64,000 nt of DNA from contig CM102283.1 of assembly GCA_046563655.1 (NCBI GenBank), positions 1,860,001-1,924,000 of the forward strand. Direction: 5' to 3'. Shown here in pieces: positions 13,682-27,410 of the stretch. Each line of letters starts with the position of its first letter. The stretch's first letter is position 1. The notes below the pieces were generated by a model, which was given only the letters and a program-made list of their open reading frames with translations, was not told the DNA's origin and ran no database searches. A program made the translations under genes and the position numbers. The stretch is from Yuukianura sp. NJ FZ-2021 (lineage: Eukaryota).

Positions 13682-15211
13682 ATGGCGAGTAGCAGCACTC
13701 GAAATGGATCCGGGCAGTCCAGTGGCACTGGAACACCAAAAACAGCTGAGATCGTTTTGAATTCCAGTTTGAGTGGGGCGGACGCTGGAGGCAGTAGCAC
13801 AGGAAATGCTGGCAGTGGTGGCTCTGCCAATGGTTCATCAACTTCTCAGAAGGCTCCACCGAAGTTGAAACAGTCGTCGAATGTCTTTGGAATCGGTATT
13901 GCATCAAAAATGTTTCAATGGTTATGTACATTTTAAGCTCACTGACTTACATTTGTATTGTTTTAGATGTATCACAGAAAGCAGAAATAGATGACCTCCG
14001 TGAACAATTCAAGAAGAATAACCGTGTTCGTGAGTTTGCATCACACAGTAACAAAGTTCATTCTGTAGATTGGAATTGTGATGGTCGACGACTTGCCTCG
14101 GGGTCATTTGATAAAACTGTTGCCGTATACATCTTTGATAACACTCGGCTTGTAAGTATGATCATTGGAAGTTGAAGATTTCAAGCTAAACAAGATTCAC
14201 GTTTGATGTACGAATACGCACGACCTTTTGTTTTGCTTTGATCTTCTAGAAAACTGACCATATTTGCAAAGGTCATGCAGATTCGGTGGATCAGCTCACT
14301 TGGCACGTCACGAATCCAGAACTTTTAGCAACCGCTTCCGCTGATAAGACTGTTCGAGTGTGGGACACAAGACAACAGAAGAACACGCACTGTTATCCCA
14401 CCAAAGGAGAAAATATTAACATTACTTGGTCAGGAGATGGAAATTACATTGCCACTGGGAACAAAGATGACCTCTTGACCTTCATTGACATTCGACAAGG
14501 AAACAACCTACTTGAAGAACAATTCAAGTTTGAAGTCAATGAAATCACCTGGGATCCCACTGGCAAACTCTTCTTTCTTACCAACGGAGAAGGAAATGTT
14601 TGCATCTACAGGTGAGGAACTTTGAAAAAGTTAGTTTGTTTTAGAATTTACCAATCAGCTGATCTTTACTGAAAAATCATTTTTGTTGATTAGTTTTCCA
14701 GAATTTCAATTGAAACACACCCTGAAAGCGCATACGTCCAACTGCATCTGCATAGAATTCCATCCTTCCGGTGACTACTTTGCTGTTGGTTCGGCCGATG
14801 CAATTGTGACTCTCTGGACTTCGGATACTCTCGCCTGTATTCGGACCTACACGAGGCTTGATTGGCCAGTTCGTGCCATCAGTTTCAACAGTAACGGATC
14901 TCTTATTGCTGCTGCCTCGGAAGACTTAGTAATAGACATTTCTCATACAGACACCTCAGAAAAGGTAACCAATCATAATGAAATTCTCTTATCAATTAGT
15001 TACTTCTTCAATTTCTTGTTCACAAGTTTAGAATAAGTAATAACTTTGATTATTTTTACAGATTTTTCAAATTCCGGTAGAAACTCCAACATTCACGGTC
15101 TCTTTCCATCCTTCCAAAAATATCCTAGCATTTGCCTGTGATGACAAAGACAAATATGATAGAGAAAGGGACAGCGGAGTCATCAAAGTCTTTGGACTTC
15201 CAAGTGACTAG
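13682..15211 (+). CDS. THOC3: THO complex subunit 3 (WD40 protein, Tex1)
   Basis: Exons 13682-13895, 13967-14151, 14250-14611, 14694-14964, 15062-15211 join in frame. Motifs KVHSVDWNCDGRRLASGSFDKTV, TKGENINITWS, RLDWPVRAISF and the C-terminus LAFACDDKDK...VFGLPSD*. Confidence 0.95.
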
Positions 15212-15504
15212 TTAATCGTGCTTAACTTTACTAATTAATTACTTTGCTTACTAATTAATCAATTACTTTACCAATTAACTTACAATATTTTCTAAGTATG
15301 TCAGCGAATAACAATAATGTTTGACTTTTGATTAGGTTTTGTTTTATAGGTCAAAGTGTTTTTTAATTATTTTTTGATTTAAACTGTTTGTCAAGACGTA
15401 GCTGCGTAAGTGCAACGCACACTACCGTTTTACCGGTATTACAGTTTTTGATACTAGGCGCATGTGTGAATCTTATCAAAGTGAGTGACATTTGTTAACA
15501 TTTC

Positions 15505-15680
15505 GTGTCAGGTAAGGATAAACGACCGTCATTATATAATCTTTTGTGTCGACAATAGGTGGCAACACTTTGTAGCCCCTTTAACTTAAAGTGGCAACAA
15601 AAGTAACGGCACAGTGTAGGTAGCATCGAAGTGGCTACACAGTGCGGCTACAATGACAGTAGTTAAACCTTACGCCAACC
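15505..15680. mobile_element. MITE family A, copy 2 (degenerate)
   Basis: GGTAAGGATAAAC...GTTAAACCTTACGCCAACC termini. Shares the internal AAAGTGGCAACAAAA and GGCTACAAT with the copy at 57260. Confidence 0.6.
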
Positions 15681-15740
15681 AGATATTGTAGAAGTGATTG
15701 AGAAATTGTGATTGAGTAGTGAAAAAAGAGAGGAGCTCTC

Positions 15741-15827
15741 GCCCAGATGAGCCTCGCTGGTGCGGGGTGAAAGCTTCAAACTTTCGGCTGATTAACGTCA
15801 GAGGGGTTCGATTCCTCCTTCTGGGCG
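15741..15827 (+). tRNA. trnaSec: tRNA-Sec (selenocysteine, anticodon UCA)
   Basis: GCCCAGATGAGCCTCGCTGGTGCGGGGTGAAAGCTTCAAACTTTCGGCTGATTAACGTCAGAGGGGTTCGATTCCTCCTTCTGGGCG folds into the eukaryotic 9/4 Sec structure: 6-bp D stem with TGGT loop, 6-bp anticodon stem with CTTCAAA loop, long variable arm and G discriminator. An oligo-T run follows at ~15841. Confidence 0.95.
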
Positions 15828-16020
15828 TTAATTACAATTATTTTTTTTTGTAGTTTAATCTTCTGATGAACACTTTACACCATTTTGAATTCAGCGGGCT
15901 ATATAAAACTTTTCAAAATTTTGAATTTGGGGTATAAAGTTAAAAGAAACGGATCTCTGCTCTGCTGTCTTATTTGTGCGGCCCACACTGTATTTTTTTT
16001 GTTGTTAAACGTTTAATTTT

Positions 16021-18402
<2,382 letters not shown>

Positions 18403-18998
18403 TTTTTAACTTTTCTGTTTCTGGTAATGACAGAAGTTTTGCTTAGGTTAGGCTATTAAAGTTTCTTATTTATGATTGAAAAACTATGAAAAATTGAACT
18501 TTTTTTTTGAAAAATATGAGAAAATAAATTTTCAAGTCGGCGCCTCACACTTGAACTGTGGATAACTTATCGGCACAAATGTTGCATAGAAACTGAACGA
18601 GCACAACAAACCTTGCTGAGGTTTGGTACTTTCCTCTCCTCATACACAAAAATGAGGTCAACGCAAGGTCATCACAAAAAGAAACAGCTTTCGAAATTTA
18701 GTCGATAACACGTTAGGTGGATTACATAAAAAAAACATAGTTTTTGAGTTTTTACATTTTTATTTTTCGAGATTTTTTATAAAACAATTCTAACGTTTCC
18801 AATTTTTTTTTACAATTTAATGCTTTACACTTTTTAAATATTTTTTAGCATTTTGTATTTTTTTTTTTTACATTTTCAGTACTGTACTTACATTTTTTTT
18901 ATACTTTCGTGGTTTACATTTTTTGAAAAACTTTTTGTGAAAATTGCAGCAGAGTTGTAGTTGTAAAGGGTTTTGATATTTTGTTGTAATGATGCAAA

Positions 18999-21900
18999 TC
19001 ACTGAAATTGTTTTGAAAATGCGCGTGCAAACCGTTTGGGATCGGGCATGCGTGACATTTTGGGAGCCGTTCCTTGTGCCATTTTCTTGGGCTGGTCTGA
19101 CTTCCCTTGAGTGGACCGCCTTGGTTTCGGTTGGGCAGACGGTAGAATAAGAGTGGGTACATTGTCCACAATTCGAACGCGTTCGTTTCCATGCATCTCC
19201 ACTTCGTGCAAGTACTTTTCATAGCGAAGAAGGATTTCCCAGGCTCCGCGCTCCAGGCGCGCGTAGAGGGCGTTGTGGGCATACACACGAGTACTGTACA
19301 TTCGGTGGGCGTAGTAGCCCAGAATGATGAGACAGCATACTGTAAGAGTAGAAACAAAAGTCAAAAGGACTTAATGAAATTTCAAAGGTGAATCTACATA
19401 TTGGAAGTAGAAATCTTGAGGTCAAATGTCAAAAACGTAACGTTCAAAATTACAACTTGATACGGTATTTCTTGAAAATATGAGATGTGACGTTCAGGGG
19501 TCACAAGAATTGAGAGACAAAAAATTACAGTGCAAAAAATAAAATAAAATAAAATAAAGAACCGAGTGGGACTCGAACCCATATCTCTCCGATCCCAGAA
19601 GAGCACTAACCACTGAGCTATCCGGCTCTAATCGGACAGCTTGCTTAAGTGGTTAAATTCAAAACTTGGAAAGTCAGGAATCATGTTGAAAATTGAAAGT
19701 GAATGGATAAGTTGAGAGGTCAACACAGGTCAAATTATACATTGAAAGGTCAAAGGTCAACGTACTGAAAAACAGCATCACGAGAAATCTGACGATCGAG
19801 TAGAGTGGATCACTGCGGATGTCGGCATTCAAACTGACGGCGAAAAACGTTGTGTAGTCACAGAATGTATCAATTTGTCGGTCAATGTCAATTGCCAGGA
19901 AAAAGTACCTGCAAGGTCAAAGGTCAAAGGTCATCTAATGGGTTAATCAGAGGTCAAACGTCATCTGAAAACATACACGTCTTTTCGTTCCTTCCGATCC
20001 CAGATAATTGCGTTTCCTGAACCGCGTTGCATGATTTCATATGGATCATCTTCCGGAATGCGGAGATCTTCCACGTCTTCGGCAGCTCGGCGAGCAGGAA
20101 TTTCACATGGCAGGTGACTCTGTCAAAAAAAAAAATAAAAATTTTGAAAAAAAAAAAATAAAAATTTTGAAAAAAAAAATCTTAAAAATCTTTATTTTGA
20201 AATTCATTACGCTCTTCTGCCAAATATTTTGTGGATCTGCAACTGCTTCGGTGTGAAACGATTTGTATTTTTTGAAGGCTTCAAAAATGACTTTTCGGCG
20301 ATTTTTCCAGTCACGAAGAAGAGTTTTGAAGTTTAGCGGAGCTCGACGACATCCTAAGCCAATCAAAACGCGTTATTATCATAATAATACTAAATTATAC
20401 ATATTTCAATATGATTATATAATATATTAATATAAAATACTAATTTTGAGTTATGTTTAGCTCGCATTACCTGATTCCTTCACCGTTTTCAGGAAGCTGA
20501 ATCCACCTTGTCCGAAAGCCTCAATCAAAACGTCTAAAAAATTGCAATTTTGGTAGAGATGATTTGGGAATTTTAGTTTTTTAAAAAAAAACGCACTCTT
20601 GAATAAAAAGTTTTTTTTTAACACTCACATTGTCCAAGAAATGGTTTGCCTCTTGCAGTGTCCGTAATGTTCGAACTCTCTTTCAAGTTCAACCTGTCGA
20701 CCAATCAGCGCCAAGATTTTTTAAAAGTAAAAGGAATTCAAAATTGCAACTTTTTGGCGCCATAATTCAAATTACACTCTGAGATCAGGATGAAATGGAT
20801 CGAGTCTGTAAGGTTCAATGGGACATCCGAATGTTTTGTAGTCATATTCTACTACCCAACCGTCTCCATCTCGACTAAAAAGTTTTGGATCCTGGAAAAT
20901 CCAATATAAAAATTTCTGAAACTCGACAAACCATAAAAATTCTGGAATTGGGATTCCTATTTTGAAAAAAAAACTGGAACGTACTCGTTTTCTCCAAAAA
21001 CTGAGTAGCTCAGGATCATACTGTCCATCTTCAAGTCTAAAGTTGTATGTCTGATAGGCGTTTTCTGTGAAATCCCATAGACCAAAGAACTTTTGACATT
21101 GAGGTCGATCGTAGTCTTCATGCGCCACCAATTTTTTACCGCTGCAACCAAGGTTGACCAAAACATTACCACGAGGTTGCGTATGACACCGTTCTGCAGG
21201 AGCATTTGTCAGTACCAAGTTTGCAGATTCTGAAATTTAAAAAATCAGTGTTATAACTAAAGAAAATCAAAACACTTTTTCGAAATTTTCCGAATTTTGA
21301 AAATGTTGGTAAAAATTTTACGGTATGAAAACATGTCGTAGTTTGAGCCAAAGAAAGTGTCCTCGTAGAGTCCTGCGCCGCATAATAAAAAAAAATAACA
21401 TCAGTTTTTGAAGTGAATATTTGTTTTTTAAATTTTTTTGAAATATTGAAACAAAGTTTCAAGCGAGTTTCTTACGTAGTGAATCTTTGAGAATTCCGCG
21501 AGGCGTTACTGAAACTCTCTAAAAAACATATAATTATTTTGTTTGAATGACCTTAGAAGTAAATTGACCTTTGACCTTTCACTTTTTTACTACCCAAACG
21601 TGAGTTCGTTCCAGATTAAGAGCTCCTTTGGAAATAGAATTGTTCTTCACCACGTCAATTTTTAGCACTTGCGGCAAAGACGAAAAAATGCCCAACTCTG
21701 CATCTGCATTTTTGTCTTGCACGGACACCGTGAACACCGCGGTTTCTCCGAGGTCAATACTTCTCTCACGCGTGTCAACACTGAACGCAAATGTCTAAAA
21801 AAAGGTTGAGTCATTTCGCATGTAAAGATTGGAGTTGTGCACATTAGAGTTGTGCACCTATAGGCTTACACGACACTTTGAAAATCCGTCCTGCTTATTG

Positions 21901-24900
21901 GCTATTGCCGTATTTTCTTCAAAAAATGGACGAATGGCGTCCGTCAATTTAAACGGAATGTCGATGAGTCGGATGGCTTTCCGATTTTCATACTTGGCCG
22001 TATGGGTGTTATTGTTTTCCAAGAGAAAGTGCATTACTGATACAGCAAATTCTAAAAAAAAGTGCCAAAATTCAAAATTTGAAAATTTCAAAAAAAAAAG
22101 TGTCGACGATATTTGTCTCACTGATGTCGCCACTGTTGGTGTAGTACGGAATGAACTTGCGATTTGTACTGAACTTGATGAATGTATCGACGTACGGAGT
22201 ACACTCAGGGTCACTAGATCCCTCAAGACACTTCTCTTTTACTTCTACACACCCTGGCTCTTCTGCAAGGTCAAAGGTCAACCTCAAACATCAAAATTTT
22301 AGTTTCTAGTTTTTTTGAACTTACTAAGAGCCGTATTTTTGCATGCGTTGCAGACTTGTTGCGCACTTTGCCCTGGTGCACAAACCCCACGGTAGTCAAT
22401 CCTTCCCTCCGTTTCTGCAATTCGACCGACCAGAAGTCGGAACTCTTCGGTATAAGCCATGAATCCTACGGCATAGAAGTCACCGAATGTAAACGTTACG
22501 GAGTTTCCGTCCGGGTCAAATGCTACACTTGGAATGCTGAATCCAGGTTGCTGAAAACGGCGTTCGTAGTATCCCTCGTCAGATGCCGTGTAGAACACAG
22601 CGTTCCAAAAAGTGTAACCTGCAAATTTAAGAAAATGAATGTGAATAAGGTCATCATTATCACAGTATAACCTATGAAACGCCATTTCGCCCAATACAAT
22701 TTATAGGAACGTAACCTGAAAAAGACAGTGGAGTTTTTCTACTGAATGATCAGCGAAAAAAACGAACGTTTTTGCAGAAATCTCACATCGCCCCAACTAC
22801 AGTTGAGATTGTTTGAACAATATAATTAACAAAGTTTAAAACGATTCAAATTAATTTAAGCAATGACGTTTTAAAATACTAAAAAGTCAATTATGAACGC
22901 TTTCGGCTGTTTTTAAAATTCATTTTCAAATTCATTTTAAATATTTGAAACTTTTTTTTAGTTATTGTTCAAACAACTTGAAAAAGCGTTGGGGTGATGT
23001 GAGATTTCTGGAAAAACGTTCGTTTATTTTTCGCTGATAGCTCAGTAGAAAACGCCACTGTTTTTTTTACGTTAAGTTTTGCTATGAAATACGTTAAGAA
23101 ATGTCTTTTCAGAGCGTTTTTTTTTGGAGGAGTCGCGATTCATGGGTCATAATGACCTTGGGAGAAAAATTGTTTTTTTTTTTTGTTAAGTATTCATTTT
23201 TTGTTTACCGCCATTGACGGAGTGATACAGAATTGACTCGCAGCCAATGATGATCAAGTTCATACCACGCGTGCTCAAACGGATTTCAGGTTCACGTGGA
23301 ATTTCAACGTTCGGTTCAAGGTCAGAGTCTTTGACTGTACATGAAAGTCTTCGTTTTGACTTGAGTTTTCCATGGAGAAGCGGACTATTTTTGGACACAT
23401 CGAACTGAAACACGGCGTAGTTGATGTTCAACTGAACCCCCTGGGGGTGTCTTCGCTGCAGGGGGTCACCAAGGTCAGTTCGACACAGAGCCAGAAACCC
23501 CTTCTCTTCCTGGATAACCTCCACTGACACAATTTCAGCACAAATGACCTGTCGGAAGCAAGTCATTGTTTCGAAAAGATTGTTTCGAATGGGAATTGTT
23601 TCGAATTTGGAATCGACAAGTCTATAGGTTAGTTAGGTTAGAATGGGTTAGGTTTAGGCGTAAAAATGAGCGTTTCGAAACAATTGTTTTTCGAAACAAT
23701 TCAATTCGAAACATTTCCATTCGAAGAAATGGCATGAAATCGGACCTGTCCAGGTAGAACTGTTGGTGCTTCTTTTTCCTCTGTTCCATCCAGGATGGCT
23801 CTGACTACATGATCGGTGTCGTTTCCCCAGCGACCAGTCGCTTTGGCCTTGACGATTCGTCGGGAAACGAATTCAGGCGGTTTCAAATTTTGGCGCGTGT
23901 ACAAACCATTGATGAGTTTCAAAAAAGTTGTGTCTGAAGCAGCAACTAGTTTCTGATCCCAGGAATCTCCGTTGTCAAATGAAAGGTAAATCCGTTTCAA
24001 ATTTTCTTCTCTGTAAAAAATTGAATTATTTTTCATAAATACTCACCAAAATTTTAAATCGGAATTTGATTTTACGTATTTTTAATGTCGTAGCTGTACG
24101 CCACTGCTATTGGTTCCATTTCGTTACAAACTCCGGCACAACAGACATTCGAAGAGACGCGGTTGATTTTTCCAATAAATTTTATGTTTTTATGAATCGG
24201 TTTTTTGATATATTTTGAAAAAGTGTCCAAAATTAAGTCGTCTTCACTGTAGTCATCAGGATCAGGATCTGAAGAAAAAAGATCCCACGTAAACCATTGT
24301 ACTTTATAAATTTTGTTTGGCTTAAAGCAGACTCAAGGATTGTTGACTCGATTTTCTTTAACAGGTTGAGTAATACTTCATGTTTTTTCTGATTTTACGA
24401 GAAAAAGTGTATTTTAATTTCAGAGCATCGTAGTCATAACGATACAGCCGAATTTTTTAGATTCTGCATACGCATTGGTAGCAGTTGGTACAATTTTTTT
24501 TTTGGAACAAGCGAGGTAGTACCCAACTTGTTAAAGAAAATTCACTTTTCGTTGTCAAACAACCTTGAGCAGAATAAAGTTTTCCAACTGTGCGCAGTAC
24601 ATAAACTGTGCTTCTTACTTCTTTTAGCTGCTTCGAGGTAATTCGTAGGAGCATCAATTGGTTTGAGAATCATGATGCCACAGTACATTCCAAGAATAAG
24701 TCGGTTAGATGCAAACGTAAAGTCCAGAATATGGTTCAACCTGCTTGAACTCGGGACTAAGATGTCACTGCCGTTGGCGGGAACTTGAAGGGCCAGACAG
24801 TTCGGGTCAGTGTGACCTTCTGCAAGGCGATTCATTTGTTTAACTGGAGCGAACAGAGGTTGAATAAAGTCACGATGGAATGACCTTGGTCCGAAAGCAA

Positions 24901-26099
24901 GGTAGAACGGATTGTACTCCTAAAGAGACAACAATAACAAAAGGTTAAAATGAGGTTGAACCGTACAAAGTAAAGTTAAAATCTTAAAAGCATGAAAATT
25001 CAATGAAGGATACAAAAATTGCCGAATGTTTAGTAAAATTAAGGCAATTAATTCAATGGAAACATACACAAAAAAAAGGCTAAAAAATCTCTACAATTTA
25101 ACTTCCTCATTTTATATGTTAAACATGTTACAAGTTTTTGAATTATAAAAGTTAAAAGGGTTAAATCAAAAATGTTAAAATTTTGGCTCAAGAGATATCA
25201 TGTCGTCCGGTTAAAAACTAATTAAAAATGTTAAACAAAAACGAAAACATGAGAGGAATGTTAGGAATTTTAGGAAGTTAGAAGTTTTAACCTGGGTGAG
25301 AGTGTAGTTGGGATTGATTGGTTTAAATCCCATTGCTCGAATGTGTGTTCCAAGACGGCGGTTACAAACGTAGTGTCGAAAAATTGAATGTTCCCCTCTA
25401 AAACTCAAAGGAGCAAATTTTTCTCCAAATTTTCTTTGTAGTCGTCCTTCGTATGAAACTCCGTTTGGCACAGCGTCCGTGTCAGAGACGATTCCTACAG
25501 AAAAAATAACTTCACTTTTTTTGAATTTGTTCACCTGAAGACTGCTTAAATTCTTGTTTTTCAAGAAGGTCATTGACCTTTGACCTCTGACCTCAACATT
25601 TACCTGGCCACTCAATGATCTCGAGGTCAGTGCCCTCATACTGTTGCTCCACTTGCCCAATGTCCATCTTAGGAAAGTACCGTTCCAGCTTCATAGCCCT
25701 CACGCGGAAAACCCCTCAAAAGAGCGAAAATCAAAATTAGCATTTCGAAAACTTGGAATTATTCATGAAAATTTTAAAAAATCCAATCAAATTTAGATTT
25801 TTGAAAAAATTACCCTCTTCTTCCTTGGGAATGTCCACACTCTTGGCGACAATGTCTATCGTGGGGTCATCTGTATTGGGTACACGAGGTGGCGCTGGGC
25901 CAATGGGCCCCGGGGCATTCGGGTTCGGTACTTTCCGTCCCAGTTTGTCAATGACATCGAATGGCACTGGATCAGGATCAGGGTTAAAGTGCACGCACGC
26001 CGAGGTTTCTTTGAGGTTGCATTGGGGTCGCTGAAATCCTTGTCCAACCACTTGCACAGCGGCGCAGACCAACAGCCACACAAGAATTCCACTGCGCAT
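18999..26099 (-). CDS. CATSPERE: CatSper auxiliary subunit epsilon-like (delta/epsilon family) type I membrane protein, ~21 exons
   Basis: Signal peptide MRSGILVWLLVCAAVQVVG and Asp-box IYLSFDNGDSW. The spliced C-terminal half has the CatSper-epsilon motif order: VNLGCSGKKL, VEYDYKTFGCP..FHPDLR, YVLIEAFGQGGFSFLKTVKESGC, PYEIMQRGSGNAIIW, YFFLAIDID..TFCDYTTFFAV, then a TM helix (IVRFLVMLFFICCLIILGYY) and a basic tail. Recognised from memory of the family, not from a search. Confidence 0.75.
19561..19626 (-). pseudogene. tRNA-like pseudogene or tRNA-derived SINE head in the last intron of the CatSper-epsilon-like gene
   Basis: Minus strand GCCGGATAGCTCAGTGGTTAG (A box)...GGTTCGAGTCCC (B box)ACTCGGT. 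The acceptor and D stems are mismatched and the anticodon loop is non-canonical. Confidence 0.6.
22726..23060. mobile_element. Foldback/MITE with long (~120-bp) imperfect inverted arms in an intron
   Basis: CAGTGG...ATCAGCGAAAAAAACGAACGTTTTTGCAGAAATCTCACATCGCCCCAAC is mirrored by GTTGGGGTGATGTGAGATTTCTGGAAAAACGTTCG...TTTTCGCTGAT...CCACTG. Weaker symmetry extends to ~22670-23115. Confidence 0.8.
23553..23742. mobile_element. Small foldback element with inverted ~15-bp TTCGAA repeats around a TTAGG-like core
   Basis: TGTTTCGAA repeats on the left, TTCGAAACA repeats on the right, central TAGGTTAGTTAGGTTAG. It fills nearly all of intron 23549-23745. Confidence 0.6.
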
Positions 26100-27213
26100 G
26101 GTAACTGATTCGGTTGGTTTTTCAATTAACTTGTTCTAGCGTTTGATTAATTCCAAAACTGGATGTTTTTCAACCCAAATACTTTCTATATAAAGCTTCG
26201 ACTTTCTCTTTTCGAAATTCTGCAACAAGTTTCAAGCAGGAGCTTTCAGCAAAAAATGTCAAAGTTTGAGAATTTTTTTTGAGTTTCTAAATTTGAAAGA
26301 AAAATAACAACAAACACGCGTTTTACGTTTAGTTGTCATAGAAACTCTTGGGTTTCTTTATGAATGATTTTTCTTTTGCTTTCTTTTAGCAAAAAACAAA
26401 ACAATCATGAATTTTTTTTTTCGAAGTTGGTTATCTTTTTCCCGGAAAATTGCAAATTTCTTCGTTGAAACTTTTTCGCTTAGTCATTTTTTGTAGAAAA
26501 CAAATTTATTCCTTTTTTTACATGAAACGAAGATTGCTCGTGTTGTTAAATTCGTCTTTGGCAATTTCATCGTCGACTGGCGAGTGGCGGGCGACTAGTC
26601 AAAGGAAATGACACAACCTAAAGTGAGGGAATGTCAATTGAAGTCAAGTAAAGCGTATGATTGCTATTTAAATTTGGAAGGTCAAACGTCGCAACTTTTA
26701 AGTATCCATTTTAATGTATAAGTTGACATGCATAAAACATAAAACGCATAGATCTTTTCTTTTGGTTTGCAAAAACTAATAGTATTTTTCAAAACTACAG
26801 GAAGATCAAAGGGAGCCATTTAGCAAAATGAAAAGAAATAAAAGCATCACTTCTGTGTCAAGCGAACAAGAACCAAAAGTCAATTCAAATACGTATTTAA
26901 TATTCAAAAATATATATAAATATATAAAAGTATATAATATTCCAATACATCAGTTCAAATACGAATCAAAAGTTGACTGTGCACTCCACTCTTGATTCTG
27001 CTTTCAAAACCCCTAAAAACAAATTGAGTTTGGTTGAGAGTCTGCTGAAGATTCAACATTTTCATTTTTGGCAACAACACACACGTGGCATATTGATTTT
27101 AAATTCATGTAATCCGTTTTGTTAATGCTTTTAACATTTTGAATTCAAAGTCTCCCTCCGCTTACTCTGTTGTTTTCTGCATATTTTATGTTCATGCTTT
27201 GGTATGTTATGAC

Positions 27214-27410
27214 CAGGCCTGTCAAACATATTTAGTCTCCATGCCCGTAATGTTAACAAAAAAAATATTTTGGGGATTTTTGCTGCTAAATATTTATTTA
27301 TTTCCCCATGCCCGTAAATGTTAAATAGGTAAATATTTGTGCGATTTTTAAAAAACGTATTTTTTTATCCATATTTCGGGAGTTTTTAGCACATATTTTT
27401 GACAGGCCTG
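27214..27410. mobile_element. hAT-type MITE (197 bp)
   Basis: TIR CAGGCCTGTCAAA...TTTGACAGGCCTG with a perfect 8-bp TSD GTTATGAC (27206-27213 and 27411-27418). Internal CATGCCCGTAA repeated twice. Confidence 0.92.

Noticed and set aside
18914-19425. Stand-alone small membrane protein (18999-19364) and overlapping ORFs
   Set aside because: The 18999 frame is the last exon of the CatSper-epsilon-like gene (acceptor at 19340), and the others are shadows.
19561-19626. Functional tRNA
   Set aside because: It is short, has mismatched acceptor and D stems and lacks U33, so it is recorded as a pseudogene/SINE head.
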